A stretch of DNA of 56,658 nucleotides from Rickettsiales bacterium (GCA_965658435.1 CBFHSE010000004.1:1-56658); one strand, 5' to 3'. Numbered from the stretch's first letter, positions 30,745 through 42,149 are shown. Program-made: numbers and translations. The notes: generated by a model not told the origin, from the sequence alone.

Positions 30745-31458
30745 ATGGCAGGGCATTCAAAATTTGCAAATATTAAACATAGAAAAGCAGCTCAAGATTC
30801 AAAAAGAGCCAAAATATTTACGCGCCTTATCCGTGAAATTACTGTAGCTGCTAAATCAGGAGATCTAGACCCTGAAAGCAACCCCAGATTAAGAGCTGCA
30901 ATTATTGCGGCAAAATCTGCAAATATGCCTAAAGATAAAATTAATAATGCAATAGATAAAGCATCATCTGACAATTCAGCTGATAATTATGAAGAATTAA
31001 GATATGAAGGATATGGGCCAGCTAAAACAGCTATAATAGTCGAGGCTTTCACAGATAATAGAAATAGAACTGCTTCAGCTGTTAGAACCATTTTTAACAA
31101 AAATGGTGGTCAGTTAGCTGAATCAGGCAGTGTTTCTTTTATGTTTGATAGAAAAGGGATAATAAGATTTGCCAAAGAAGATATTAATGAAGAGGAATTA
31201 TTTGAGCTTGCGGTTGAGGCTGGAGCTGAGTCAATTGAAAGTAATTCTGAATTTTATGAAGTTATTACATCCCTTAACGAGTTTTCAATGGTAAGAGATG
31301 AAATTTTAAAAAAATATGACAACCCTACAAATATGGGTCTTGAATGGTTGCCTAAAAATTTAATAGAAATAGATGATGAGCAGCAAGAATCAATTGCAAG
31401 ATTAGTTGAGGCTCTAGAAAATGATGATGATGTACAAAATATTTATGTTAATATTTAA
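30745..31458 (+). CDS. yebC: YebC/PmpR family protein
   Basis: MAGHSKFANIKHRK, YEGYGP, TDNRNRT, DDDVQNIY; precedes ruvC. Confidence 0.95.
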   Translation: MAGHSKFANIKHRKAAQDSKRAKIFTRLIREITVAAKSGDLDPESNPRLRAAIIAAKSANMPKDKINNAIDKASSDNSADNYEELRYEGYGPAKTAIIVEAFTDNRNRTASAVRTIFNKNGGQLAESGSVSFMFDRKGIIRFAKEDINEEELFELAVEAGAESIESNSEFYEVITSLNEFSMVRDEILKKYDNPTNMGLEWLPKNLIEIDDEQQESIARLVEALENDDDVQNIYVNI

Positions 31459-31467
31459 CTTATAAAA

Positions 31468-31965
31468 GTGATTATTTTTGCCATTGATCCTGCTTTAAAT
31501 AAAATAGGCTACGCAGCAATAGAAATATTAGCTGATAATTCTATTAAATATATTGAATCAGATATTATTAATGCTAGTAAAGAAGAATCACTTACCGCAA
31601 AGCTATCTTTAATTATTAATAATATTTCATTTTTGTTAACAAAAATTAAGCCAGATCATATTGCAATTGAAGAAAGTTTTGTTAATAAAAACCCTGCAAG
31701 CTCTTTGAAATTAGGTCATGCTAGAGGAGCAATTATTGCTGCAGCACTGAAATATAGTGATAAAATTTTTGAATATAGCCCAACTCAAATAAAAAAATCC
31801 ATAACTGGTAATGGTAGAGCGGATAAGGAGCAAGTTCAAAAGATGGTAAAATTTATGTTACCAAAAGCTGTAATGAAGCATTATGATGAATCTGATGCAT
31901 TAGCAATTGCTTTAACTCATTTTTATATTTACAGAACAGAATCTAAAATTATATTTAATAGTTAA
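31468..31965 (+). CDS. ruvC: Holliday junction resolvase
   Basis: AIDP, IEESF, LKLGHARG, ITGNGRADKEQV, DESDALAIA. Confidence 0.96.
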   Translation: MIIFAIDPALNKIGYAAIEILADNSIKYIESDIINASKEESLTAKLSLIINNISFLLTKIKPDHIAIEESFVNKNPASSLKLGHARGAIIAAALKYSDKIFEYSPTQIKKSITGNGRADKEQVQKMVKFMLPKAVMKHYDESDALAIALTHFYIYRTESKIIFNS

Positions 31966-31967
31966 AA

Positions 31968-32393
31968 TTAAGCCGCCAAGAATTTAGACCATTCTTTTTT
32001 ATTTGCAGAATTAAGTTTTTTATCTAACTCAATAGCTTTTTTTATTATATTTTCTGCCTGATTTGTAGGGTCATAAGCGATAATAGGCATTTCGTAGAAG
32101 TTATCAGACATTATTATTTTAATACGTTTTTTAAGATATTTTTCTAGTTCAGATGAAGATATTGCCAATTTTTTTAGCAGAAATTCAGAAAAAATATCAA
32201 ATTCTTCATGTGGTAGATTAACAGATATCTCTCCTATTAACGCATGAACAGCATAAGGGTTTAATTCGTTATATTTTTTAAAAAAAGATTCCAAGGTAGA
32301 TTTAAGTTTGGGATAATTTTTGCTTTTTATCAAATGCAAAGAAACTCTGTATAAAGCAGTAGCTTCCTTAAATGATATTCTCTCCTTTAACAT
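31968..32393 (-). CDS. Hypothetical protein
   Basis: 141-aa ORF filling the gap between ruvC and fumC; no motif recognised. Confidence 0.6.
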   Translation of the reverse strand: MLKERISFKEATALYRVSLHLIKSKNYPKLKSTLESFFKKYNELNPYAVHALIGEISVNLPHEEFDIFSEFLLKKLAISSSELEKYLKKRIKIIMSDNFYEMPIIAYDPTNQAENIIKKAIELDKKLNSANKKEWSKFLAA

Positions 32394-32565
32394 ATCAAAT
32401 AAATAAAGTTTATATCATATCTATAGGTAGATTTCTAAAAAACAATAAATTTATCATTTTATCTATTTGCTTTCTTCTAATTTTTTTATTAGAAAGAGTA
32501 GGGATATAAATGTCAGATATTTAAGGCATTAAAATTACTATATTAATAAAATTATTGAGGAGTAA

Positions 32566-33960
32566 ATGTCACAGCATAGAATCGAGACTGACTCTATTGG
32601 CGAAATTAAAGTTGATAGCAGCAAATATTGGGGGGCTCAAACAGAAAGATCCATAGAAAATTTTAAAATAGGCACTGAAAAAATGCCTAAAACTCTTATT
32701 AAAGCATTAGCAATTTTAAAAAAATCTGCTGCTTTAGTTAATTTAAAAAACAATAAATTAGAGCAAGAAAAAGCAGAAGCTATCATAAAAGCTGCCGATG
32801 AGATAATTTCAGGGTCTTTAGCTGATAATTTTCCATTAGTTGTCTGGCAAACAGGCTCTGGTACGCAAACCAATATGAATATTAATGAAGTAATATCGAA
32901 CAGAGCTATAGAAATATTGGGTGGAGAATTAGGTAGCAAAGACCCTGTTCATCCTAATGATCATGTTAATATGGGGCAATCCTCAAATGATACTTTCCCA
33001 ACTGCTATGCATATAGCGGCAGCATTAGATATAAATGAAAATTTATTGCCTGCATTAGAAAAATTGCATGCATCACTACTAGAAAAGCAAAATAAATTTA
33101 AAGACATAATAAAAATTGGTAGAACTCACTTACAAGATGCAACTCCATTAACATTAGGGCAAGAATTCTCTGGTTATGCTACCCAAATAAAATATTCTAT
33201 AGCAAGAGTGAAAAATACATTACCAAATATATATCAGTTAGCTCAAGGTGGTACAGCGGTTGGAACAGGTTTAAACTCATATGCCTCTTTTGCTAAAGAG
33301 TTTGCTGAGCAAGTTCAAAAATTAACAAATTTACCATTTATTACAGCTGAAAATAAATTTGAAGCATTAGCAGCTCATGATGCTATAGTAGAAACTAGTG
33401 GAGCCTTAAATAATATAGCGGTAAGCTTGATGAAAATAGCTAATGATATTAGGCTGCTTGGCTCTGGCCCAAGATCAGGCTTAGGTGAAATATCATTGCC
33501 TGCAAATGAGCCTGGTTCATCAATCATGCCTGGTAAGGTTAATCCTACGCAATGTGAGGCTTTAACAATGGTTTGCAGTCAAGTTATGGGTAACCATACT
33601 ACTATTTCTATAGCTGGTTCGAATGGTCATTTTGAATTAAATGTTTTTAAACCAGTAATGATTTATAACTTATTGCAATCAATAAATTTAATAGCAGATG
33701 GCGTGAATAGTTTTAATGATAAGGCTGTGATAGGCATTACTGCCAATGAAGATAATATTAAAGAGTTAATGGAAAAATCATTAATGTTAGTGACAGCATT
33801 AAATCCACATATTGGTTATGATAATGCTGCTAAAATAGCAAAATATGCTCATGAAAAATCATTAACTCTTAAACAAGCAGCATTAGAGTTAAATTTATTA
33901 ACAGAAAGCGAGTTTGATTCTTATATCAAGCCTCATGAAATGATTAAACCAAAAGCATAA
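32566..33960 (+). CDS. fumC: Class II fumarate hydratase
   Basis: [34 protein letters not shown]; SD GAGGAG. Confidence 0.98.
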   Translation: MSQHRIETDSIGEIKVDSSKYWGAQTERSIENFKIGTEKMPKTLIKALAILKKSAALVNLKNNKLEQEKAEAIIKAADEIISGSLADNFPLVVWQTGSGTQTNMNINEVISNRAIEILGGELGSKDPVHPNDHVNMGQSSNDTFPTAMHIAAALDINENLLPALEKLHASLLEKQNKFKDIIKIGRTHLQDATPLTLGQEFSGYATQIKYSIARVKNTLPNIYQLAQGGTAVGTGLNSYASFAKEFAEQVQKLTNLPFITAENKFEALAAHDAIVETSGALNNIAVSLMKIANDIRLLGSGPRSGLGEISLPANEPGSSIMPGKVNPTQCEALTMVCSQVMGNHTTISIAGSNGHFELNVFKPVMIYNLLQSINLIADGVNSFNDKAVIGITANEDNIKELMEKSLMLVTALNPHIGYDNAAKIAKYAHEKSLTLKQAALELNLLTESEFDSYIKPHEMIKPKA

Positions 33961-33961
33961 A

Positions 33962-34555
33962 ATGATCGGTTCTCTTAGAGGAAAAATTATAAATATTTTT
34001 GATAATTCAATATTGCTTGAAGTAAATAATACTGGTTATCAAGTTAATATAGGTGCTAGGAACCTTGCCAATATTCAAAAAAATGATGAATTATTTGTGT
34101 ATATTCATACAGCGGTAAGAGAAGATGATATATCCTTATTTGGCTTTTTTGATATTGCTGATAAAGAAATTTTTTTAAAGCTTAATAAAGTAAGTGGTAT
34201 TGGCGCAAAAACAGCTCTAAATATTATAGGGGTATTAGACGCTAGAGCTATAATAGATGCTATTTTATTTGAAAATAAAGCTGCTTTTACACAAGTAAGC
34301 GGCATAGGCGCTAAAGCTGCAGCTAGGATAATAAATGATCTAAAAGATAAAGTAGAAAATAACATAAGTAACATTATCTCTATATCACAAGATAATAGCC
34401 AAAAGGATAATAATTTACTAAAAGATTCCTTGTCAGCATTAGAAAATTTAGGTTATCAAAGATCTCAAATATTAAATATAGTTAAAGACATAGTTGCAGA
34501 TGAAAATGATTTATCTCAAATAATTACCAAATCATTGCAAAAATTAGCAAAATGA
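33962..34555 (+). CDS. ruvA: Holliday junction branch migration protein RuvA
   Basis: [18 protein letters not shown], HhH motifs VSGIGAK x2, ALENLGY. Confidence 0.96.
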   Translation: MIGSLRGKIINIFDNSILLEVNNTGYQVNIGARNLANIQKNDELFVYIHTAVREDDISLFGFFDIADKEIFLKLNKVSGIGAKTALNIIGVLDARAIIDAILFENKAAFTQVSGIGAKAAARIINDLKDKVENNISNIISISQDNSQKDNNLLKDSLSALENLGYQRSQILNIVKDIVADENDLSQIITKSLQKLAK

Positions 34556-35568
34556 AAGATTCGCGTATCATAAATCCAGAAGAATCAGTTGAAGAAATAG
34601 GCAATATTTTAAGGCCAGATTTTTTAAATGAATTTATTGGCCAAAAAAACATCAAAAATAATCTTGCTGTTTATATAAATGCTGCAAAAAAATTAGAAAC
34701 TAATCTTGATCATATTTTATTTTATGGCCCTCCTGGTTTAGGTAAAACAACTCTTGCAGGTATAATAGCCAAAGAATTACAGGTAAATTTCAAGGCAACA
34801 ACTGGTCCAATTCTTAGTAAATCTGGTGATTTAGCAGCTATTTTATCTAATTTATCTGCAAATGATATTTTATTTATTGATGAAATTCATAGAATGAATA
34901 CCCAAGTAGAAGAAGTTTTATATTCTGCTATGGAAGATTTTAAATTAGATATCATAATAGGGGAAGGACCCGCAGCAAGAACGGTAAGAATTGATTTACC
35001 TAAATTCACCTTGATTGGAGCAACAACAAGAATGGGTTTAATTTCTAACCCGCTTCGAGATAGGTTTGGTATACCTTTGCGTTTAAATTTTTATCATATT
35101 TCTGAACTTACAGCAGTAATAATAAGAGGTGCTAAAATATTAGATTTTTCAATATCAGAAGATGCGGCAAATGAGATAGCTACAAGGTCAAGAGGCACAC
35201 CTCGTATAGCATTAAGATTACTTAAAAGAGTAAGAGATTTTGCAATATATGAAGATTTAAAAGAAATTAATGCTAAAATTGCAAAAAAATCATTGGATAT
35301 TTTAGAGGTAGATAATTTTGGTTTAGATTCACTAGATAGAAAATATTTAAATTATATTAATGAAAATTACCAGGGTGGTCCAGTTGGTATTGAAACTATT
35401 GCTGCTGGCTTATCCGAACAAAAAGATTCAATAGAAGAGACAATTGAGCCTTATTTATTACAGCAAGGGTTAATAAGTAAAACTCCAAGAGGCAGGGTAA
35501 TAACTGAAAAAGCTTGTCTCCATCTAGGAATAGAATACCCCAAAAAATTAATTGATTTAATGTCATGA
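34552..35568 (+). CDS. ruvB: Holliday junction helicase RuvB
   Basis: [37 protein letters not shown]. Confidence 0.98.
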   Translation: MKDSRIINPEESVEEIGNILRPDFLNEFIGQKNIKNNLAVYINAAKKLETNLDHILFYGPPGLGKTTLAGIIAKELQVNFKATTGPILSKSGDLAAILSNLSANDILFIDEIHRMNTQVEEVLYSAMEDFKLDIIIGEGPAARTVRIDLPKFTLIGATTRMGLISNPLRDRFGIPLRLNFYHISELTAVIIRGAKILDFSISEDAANEIATRSRGTPRIALRLLKRVRDFAIYEDLKEINAKIAKKSLDILEVDNFGLDSLDRKYLNYINENYQGGPVGIETIAAGLSEQKDSIEETIEPYLLQQGLISKTPRGRVITEKACLHLGIEYPKKLIDLMS

Positions 35569-35966
35569 TTTCAAGTGATAATTTTAGAATATATTATGAA
35601 GATACTGATGCAGGAGGTGTTGTTTATTACGGTAATTATTTAAAATATGCTGAACGCTCACGTACAGAGTTTTTAAGAAAATTAGGAATAACGCATAAAA
35701 CTATTTTGGCAAAACACAAAATTTTATTTGTAATAAAAAATGTAGAAATGGAACTGTTAAAACCTGCAAGATTAGATGATTTAATTACTGTAAAAACAAA
35801 TATTTCAGAAATTGGGGGGGCGCAATTATGGATGGAGCAAAATATATATCTGGAAAATACAAAAATATGTTTTATAAAAGTTAGAGTAGTGATAGTTAAT
35901 GAAACATTAAGGCCGTCACCTATACCATTAGAAATTAAAACTTTATTGCATAAATGCTTAGATTAA
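35565..35966 (+). CDS. ybgC: YbgC-family acyl-CoA thioesterase
   Basis: [28 protein letters not shown]; follows ruvB. Confidence 0.9.
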   Translation: MISSDNFRIYYEDTDAGGVVYYGNYLKYAERSRTEFLRKLGITHKTILAKHKILFVIKNVEMELLKPARLDDLITVKTNISEIGGAQLWMEQNIYLENTKICFIKVRVVIVNETLRPSPIPLEIKTLLHKCLD

Positions 35967-37027
35967 TAATTATCATATCTATCAGTTTTATTAGCATTTT
36001 TAATGCTAAAGCAAATAAAGACACTAATATTGATCATGAAAAATTTACAGTTAAAAATATATCTGTAAATGAAGTAGGTTTAACCTCTGAAGAGGCAAGA
36101 AAAAAAGCAATAAATTATGCTCAAAAAACAGCTTTCAAGATTATGCTTGAAAGATTTTTTTCGGATCTAAAAGACCAAGAGTTTGAATTTGATCAAATTT
36201 TAAATATTGTTGAATCCATTGAATATAAAAGTGAAATTATAACTAACCAAAGCTATAAAGCATTACTAGATGTTAGCTTTGCACCAGAGCAAACTAAATT
36301 TTTTATAAATAATCATCTTTTGAATAAGAAAATAGGAAAATTATCAATATTAGTTATCCCTCTTTATGATGAAAATGGCATGATCAAACTATGGCAACAG
36401 GGAAATATTTGGTATGATGCTTGGCTAAGAGTAAAGCCAAGTCAGATTATAGATATAAAAACACTCACAGGTGATATAGATGATATGATGAATTTTAAAG
36501 TAAGTGAGTTAGATGGTATGAGCAAAGAAAAAATCGCAGAATTAGCAGAAAATTACCAAGTAGATGAAATAATTGTAGCGGATCTTAAATATTACTATCA
36601 AACCTTATCAGAAGAAGTTGAATTTAAAGCTTACCTTAAACAATTAGGTAATAAAGATAACACTATTCTAGTTGCAAAATCTGAAGGTATTAAAAATGAA
36701 AATCACAATAAACACCTAGATTACTTAGCAAAACGCATCACTGAAAATATTGAAAATGGCTGGATGAAATATAATGAAGAAACAGAGTCAGCAAATAAAC
36801 AAGTTTTTATTGTAAAGGTTAGTAATTTAGAGCAATTGCAAGAAATGCAGGAAAAACTTGAAAAATTAGATATTGTCTCAAATTTTAGAATAGATGCTTT
36901 TTCGGCTAGATATGCAAAAATAACAGTAGAATTCTTCGACAAACCTCTAGAAGTTATAGATTATCTTCAACAATTTGGTTTTAAAATAAGCAGAGAAAAA
37001 GAATTTGTAATTTTACAATTAAGGTAA
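35954..37027 (+). CDS. Exported protein, DUF2066-like
   Basis: Signal peptide, VKNISV..EARKKAI..AQ, LVIPL..LW..WYDAW; adjacent to AI-2E transporter. Confidence 0.65.
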   Translation: MLRLIIIISISFISIFNAKANKDTNIDHEKFTVKNISVNEVGLTSEEARKKAINYAQKTAFKIMLERFFSDLKDQEFEFDQILNIVESIEYKSEIITNQSYKALLDVSFAPEQTKFFINNHLLNKKIGKLSILVIPLYDENGMIKLWQQGNIWYDAWLRVKPSQIIDIKTLTGDIDDMMNFKVSELDGMSKEKIAELAENYQVDEIIVADLKYYYQTLSEEVEFKAYLKQLGNKDNTILVAKSEGIKNENHNKHLDYLAKRITENIENGWMKYNEETESANKQVFIVKVSNLEQLQEMQEKLEKLDIVSNFRIDAFSARYAKITVEFFDKPLEVIDYLQQFGFKISREKEFVILQLR

Positions 37028-37030
37028 AAA

Positions 37031-38083
37031 ATGAGCATAATCGTAAAGATTATATCAATATTAACAATTTTATTAGTAACAATTTTATTTCTTAATGAAA
37101 TAAGCAATATTTTATTGCCATTTATAATAGGCATAATTATTGCTTATTTTCTTGATCCTGCTGCAGAAAAATTAGAAAAACTAAAATTTAGCAGAACGAG
37201 TGCAACTCTTGTTATATTATGTATATTTATATTCATAATATCATTATTTGCCTACATTATAGGACCGGTCTTATATTTGCAGACCAAAGCATTAATAGCT
37301 AAAATGCCTGATTACATTAATGGCATTGATCAAATTACAAAGCCATATTTAAATGATTTCTATAATAAAATAGGGTATAAAGAAGGAGGTAATTTTGGTT
37401 TATTAAAAGAAATATCTGAATTTAGTATTAAATTTTCTACAAATATTTTTAGTAATATATGGCAATCATCATTAAAATTTATTAACTTATTTGTTCTTAT
37501 TTTTATTGCTCCAATTGTCACATTTTATCTTTTAAGAGACTGGAATAAAATTGTTGTTAATATTGCTAATTTAATTCCAAAAAAAATAAAAAAAGAGACA
37601 TTTAAACAATTTAAGGAAATAGATAAAGTGCTATCTGGCTATATAAGAGGTCAAACAAATGTATGTATTATTTTAGGTATTTTTTATGCGATTTCATTGA
37701 CCGCTTTGGGGCTTAATTATGGTTTTCTAATAGGGTTTTTAACAGGAATATTTTCATTTATACCATATTTTGGTGTTTTTCTAGGGATGTTTATAGGTGT
37801 TGTTGTCGCGATTTTTCAATTTAACAGTCTAATACAAATATTAATAATATTATCAGTTTTTATAATTGGGCAATTTATTGAAGGTAATTTTATCACTCCA
37901 AAATTAGTTGGTAATAAAGTAGGTGTACACCCAGCTATTATTATTTTTGCATTGCTTTCTGGAGGAAGTCTTTTTGGTTTTATAGGAATATTATTTGCAA
38001 TTCCTGCCGTTGCAGTTATTGGTGTTTTAATAAGATTTGTTATAAAAAAATATTTACAATCAAAATATTTTTTAAATAAATAA
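37031..38083 (+). CDS. AI-2E (PerM) family transporter
   Basis: IAYFLDP, YIRGQ, FIPYFG, IEGNFITPKLVG..VHP. Confidence 0.92.
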   Translation: MSIIVKIISILTILLVTILFLNEISNILLPFIIGIIIAYFLDPAAEKLEKLKFSRTSATLVILCIFIFIISLFAYIIGPVLYLQTKALIAKMPDYINGIDQITKPYLNDFYNKIGYKEGGNFGLLKEISEFSIKFSTNIFSNIWQSSLKFINLFVLIFIAPIVTFYLLRDWNKIVVNIANLIPKKIKKETFKQFKEIDKVLSGYIRGQTNVCIILGIFYAISLTALGLNYGFLIGFLTGIFSFIPYFGVFLGMFIGVVVAIFQFNSLIQILIILSVFIIGQFIEGNFITPKLVGNKVGVHPAIIIFALLSGGSLFGFIGILFAIPAVAVIGVLIRFVIKKYLQSKYFLNK

Positions 38084-38108
38084 AATAATAATTAAATTTT
38101 GGTCTTTT

Positions 38109-38546
38109 ATGCAAAGAAAACTTATTCTAATATTTTTAATAGCTACATCATTAACTAATTGTACAAATTATTTAGCTAAAAAGCAGGAAATAACTAAGAA
38201 AAAAGAAGATTTAGTAGAATTTCCATTTGATTATAATGAATTGTCATATCCAATTGAACAGGTTTATACAATTGAAATTAGCTCTGAAAACTTGACAAGT
38301 TACAATGAACAACTTAATAAAATCCTTGAAAATGAATTTGACGGTAAGAAAATTAGTTATAAATCCAAAGATCAAAAGCTCAAATCAGAATTTGAACTTA
38401 AAGATTCTTTTAAAGTGATTGCTAAAAACTTATATTGCAGAGAATATTTTCAAACAGTAAGTTATAATGATGAAGAATTTGCTCACAATGGTGTTGCATG
38501 TAGAGTGGCACCAAAAATATGGAAAAATTTAACAAGTAAAAATTAA
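38109..38546 (+). CDS. Lipoprotein with 17-kDa surface antigen-like C-terminal domain
   Basis: Lipobox LTNC; YCREYFQTV...GVACR...W. Confidence 0.7.
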   Translation: MQRKLILIFLIATSLTNCTNYLAKKQEITKKKEDLVEFPFDYNELSYPIEQVYTIEISSENLTSYNEQLNKILENEFDGKKISYKSKDQKLKSEFELKDSFKVIAKNLYCREYFQTVSYNDEEFAHNGVACRVAPKIWKNLTSKN

Positions 38547-38557
38547 AAGGTTATCTT

Positions 38558-39397
38558 ATGTCATTACAGGATGAAAAAATTTTTAAAGGAGACATCTTAA
38601 AAGGAAAAAAAGGACTAATAATGGGGGTAGCAAATGATAAATCAATTGCTTGGGGTATTGCAAAAGCAGCTCACGCCCAAGGAGCAGAATTAGCTTTCTC
38701 TTATCAAGGTGAAGTTTTAGAAAAAAGAGTTAAACCATTAGCTGAATCTATAAATTCTAAATTATTAGTTGAATGTGATGTAACAAATCAAGATTCCATA
38801 GATGCATTATTTGAAAAATTAAAATCTGAATGGGGATCAATTGATTTTGTAGTTCATGCAATAGCATATTCAGATAAAAACGAGTTAAAAGGCAGATATG
38901 TAGATACTAGTTTAGATAATTTTATGAAAACTATGCATATCTCATGTTTTTCTTTTACTGCAATTTCTAAAAAAGCATCTGAAATTATGAATAAAGGAGG
39001 AAGTTTGCTTACTCTAAGCTATTACGGAGCAGAAAAAGTTATGCCGCATTACAACGTAATGGGTGTAGCAAAATCAGCTTTAGAATCTAGCGTTAGATAT
39101 TTAGCTGCTGATCTTGGAAGAGATGATATAAGAGTAAATGCAATTTCTGCCGGACCTTTAAGAACATTAGCTGCAGCAGGAATAGGAGATTTTAGATATA
39201 TGTTAAAATGGAATGAGTATAACTCTCCCTTAAAAAGAAACGTAACTATAGCTGACGTTGGCAGAAGTGGTTTATATTTAATAAGTGAACTAAGTAGCGG
39301 AGTTACAGGAGAAATAATTTATGTTGATTCAGGATTTCATGTTGTTGGAATGAAAGCAATTGATGCTCCTGATTTAACTATTGTAAAAGATGAGTAA
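38558..39397 (+). CDS. fabI: Enoyl-ACP reductase
   Basis: GVANDKSIAWGIA, YNVMGVAKSALE, VNAISAGPLRTLAA. Confidence 0.97.
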   Translation: MSLQDEKIFKGDILKGKKGLIMGVANDKSIAWGIAKAAHAQGAELAFSYQGEVLEKRVKPLAESINSKLLVECDVTNQDSIDALFEKLKSEWGSIDFVVHAIAYSDKNELKGRYVDTSLDNFMKTMHISCFSFTAISKKASEIMNKGGSLLTLSYYGAEKVMPHYNVMGVAKSALESSVRYLAADLGRDDIRVNAISAGPLRTLAAAGIGDFRYMLKWNEYNSPLKRNVTIADVGRSGLYLISELSSGVTGEIIYVDSGFHVVGMKAIDAPDLTIVKDE

Positions 39398-40298
39398 AGA
39401 TAAAAATTTTACAAAATATAACAATCATATTTTCAGAATATTTTATTCTTTTTTCAAACCTGAATTTTATCAATATGTCGCTTATCAGCAAAAAGGCTAT
39501 GGCCTAAAAACAATTATTTTAATATTATTTTTCTCATTTTTTATTCCAACATTAATAATTTATAAGTCATTTTCTACATTTGACTTTGTCAATAGTAAGA
39601 ATGAGAAAGTGATTCAAATTAGAGATTCGTTATCTAATTTTCCGAAGATAAAAATAATATCAGGTAAATTAGATAATAAAGAAAACCCAATATTACCTAT
39701 AGTTATTAATGGTGCACAAGAAGATAAAAATCTTATTACACTTGATCCAGATAAAAACTCATTAATAGCAACAAATTCTTTGATTTTATTTTCTAAAGAG
39801 GGAGTATTTTTTGATAGTATAGAAATAATATCATATCTACTAAGTGTTTTTGGTTATAATAATATTCCAATAAATAGAATGAATATTGAGGCAAGCTTTA
39901 TAAATTATAGTAAAGAAAATATTACAATTGATAATAATTCAGTTGAAAACACTATACAACTCTATGTGAATAATTTAGGTAGAAATTTACTATTTTCAGT
40001 TCTACCTATAACATTTATAATAAGTATTTTATTAAAAGTAATTGAGATACTTGCTCTCTCATTAGTTACAAGCATATTATTAAAAAGAAAAAAGCTAGCA
40101 TATTCATATAAAAAAATATTTGCCATAACTACTGCTGCTCTAATCCCAACATTATTTCTAAAGTCAATAGATGCTGTTAGCATGTGGTCTTCAAATATAA
40201 TAGGCAATTCTGAATATGGAGGTTTAATGATTTTAGCAATTAATTTTTACTTTATTTATTTTGCAGTATCATCAATTGCAAAAGTAAAATCTAATTAA
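39390..40298 (+). CDS. Membrane protein, possibly DUF1189-like
   Basis: N-terminal TM, soluble middle, three C-terminal TM segments. Confidence 0.55.
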   Translation: MSKDKNFTKYNNHIFRIFYSFFKPEFYQYVAYQQKGYGLKTIILILFFSFFIPTLIIYKSFSTFDFVNSKNEKVIQIRDSLSNFPKIKIISGKLDNKENPILPIVINGAQEDKNLITLDPDKNSLIATNSLILFSKEGVFFDSIEIISYLLSVFGYNNIPINRMNIEASFINYSKENITIDNNSVENTIQLYVNNLGRNLLFSVLPITFIISILLKVIEILALSLVTSILLKRKKLAYSYKKIFAITTAALIPTLFLKSIDAVSMWSSNIIGNSEYGGLMILAINFYFIYFAVSSIAKVKSN

Positions 40299-41377
40299 TA
40301 ATAAGAACTGAATTAATAATCTCGTCAATATCACCATCTAAAACAGCTTGTATATTTGAGGTTTCGTAATTTGAACGTAAATCTTTTACCATTTGATATG
40401 GCTGTAATATGTAAGATCTAATTTGATTACCCCAGCCAATATCAGTTTTTGCAGAATTTTGCTTTTCTTCATCCTGTTGTTTTTTTCTTATTTCTAGCTC
40501 ATAAAGTCGAGATTTAAGCATTTTAAATGCCTCCTCTCGATTTTTATGTTGTGAACGTGAATTTTGGCATTGAACAACAATATTTGTTGGTAAATGAGTT
40601 ATTCTTATAGCAGAATCTGTTTTATTAACATGTTGTCCTCCAGCTCCTGAAGATCTGTAAGTATCTATTCTAAGATCTTTATCAGCTATTTCTATTTTTA
40701 TTTCCTCATCAATCTCTGGATAGACCCAAACACTTGCAAAGCTCGTCATTCTTTTGCCATTTGAGTTAAAAGGGGATATTCTTACTAATCTATGTACACC
40801 AGATTCATTTTTTAAAAAACCATATGCGTTAAGAGCTGAGATTTTAATGGTAACAGATTTAATGCCAACCTCATCTCCTTTTTGCTCATCAAGTATTTCA
40901 GTTTTAAAACCACGAAGATCTGCAAATCTTATATACATTCTAAGGAGCATTTCTGCCCAATCATGACTTTCTGTTCCTCCAGCTCCTGGGTGTATCTCAA
41001 GAAAACAATTATTAGAATCCGCATCACCAGAGAAAAGTGCTTCAATTTTGAATAAAACACTATCTTTTAGAATAATTTTAAACTGTTTTTCTATTTCTAT
41101 TAGGCTATCAGGGTCTGAATCACCCTTTGATAGTTCATATAATTCTTTATAATCAGTAAAATTACTCTCTAAACTTAATAATCTATTTAGTTTTTTTGAA
41201 ATATTATCTTTATTTTGCAGAGTTTTTTTTGCAAAATCATGGTTATCCCATAAATGAGATTCCGATATTGTTTTTTCTAATTGATCCAATTCTTTTTTTA
41301 AGGTTTCGGGGTCAAAGATACCCTCTTAAAATTTTAAGATTACTGCTTATTTCTTCAATTATTTCTGATATATTCAT
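40291..41377 (-). CDS. prfB: Peptide chain release factor 2, programmed +1 frameshift
   Basis: ORF1 ATG 41377 MNISEIIEEISSNLKILRGYL*, site AGAGGG-TAT-CTT-TGA-C; ORF2 has SPF and GGQ motifs. Confidence 0.97.
41311..41326 (-). promoter_or_regulatory. prfB autoregulatory frameshift site (internal SD + CTT TGA C)
   Basis: Minus strand AGAGGGTATCTTTGAC matches the canonical RF2 site. Confidence 0.93.
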
Positions 41378-41405
41378 AAAAAACCATCATTGCAGATAAA
41401 TGAAA

Positions 41406-41481
<76 letters not shown>

Positions 41482-41504
41482 ATTTCAAAAAAAGTTAGGA
41501 GGCC

Positions 41505-41533
41505 TTTATAAAAATTATACCTCTGTTTGTCAA
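41505..41533 (-). promoter_or_regulatory. Sigma70 promoter for tRNA-Ile(-prfB)
   Basis: TTGACA-N17-TATAAA followed by GC-rich discriminator GGCCTCC. Confidence 0.75.
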
Positions 41534-41535
41534 GG

Positions 41536-41565
41536 TTGACATTTATTTTATATTTTTAATAATCT
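41536..41565 (+). promoter_or_regulatory. Putative sigma70 promoter for lipoprotein cluster
   Basis: TTGACA-N18-TAATCT (or N16-AATAAT). Confidence 0.5.
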
Positions 41566-41585
41566 AAATAAATAATGGTAGATTT

Positions 41586-42149
41586 ATGAAAAACTTAACA
41601 ATCCTTGCTTTATTAATTATTTTTTCAGCATGCAGCAAGCCAACAATACAAGAAAAAACACAGTTGGATCTTCCAAGCTGGGTAATTAATCCAAATATTG
41701 AAGGTAAAATTTCTGCAGTAGGTATTGCACCAAAAAGCAAAGGGGGATTACAAATACAGATACCTCAAGCTGAAGCAGATGCAAGAGCTAATATCGCTGC
41801 AATAATACAAACCGAAGTATCAAGAATAACTAAAAATGCTATTAGATCGGCAAAAATATCAGATATTGAAGAATTTGATAATATATTCAGTCAAGCTACT
41901 AGAAATCTTGTTAAAAAATTCCCTTTATCTGGAAGCAAAAGAGTTAACATGTATAAAGATAATAACGATGGAAGTCTTTATATTCAGATGGCTCTGGATA
42001 GAGCTTTAGTAAAAAACTATTTTAATGAAAATCAGAAAATATTAGAAGAGCAAATTAAAAAAGCTTCTTCCAAACAAGACTATATTAATAAAGCGTCAAA
42101 AGCTGTAGAAAAATTATATAATGATTTAGATAAGCAGATAGATGATTAA
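41586..42149 (+). CDS. LPP20-like lipoprotein
   Basis: Lipobox FSAC; LPSWVINP..ISAVGIA..AEADARANIA. Confidence 0.8.
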   Translation: MKNLTILALLIIFSACSKPTIQEKTQLDLPSWVINPNIEGKISAVGIAPKSKGGLQIQIPQAEADARANIAAIIQTEVSRITKNAIRSAKISDIEEFDNIFSQATRNLVKKFPLSGSKRVNMYKDNNDGSLYIQMALDRALVKNYFNENQKILEEQIKKASSKQDYINKASKAVEKLYNDLDKQIDD

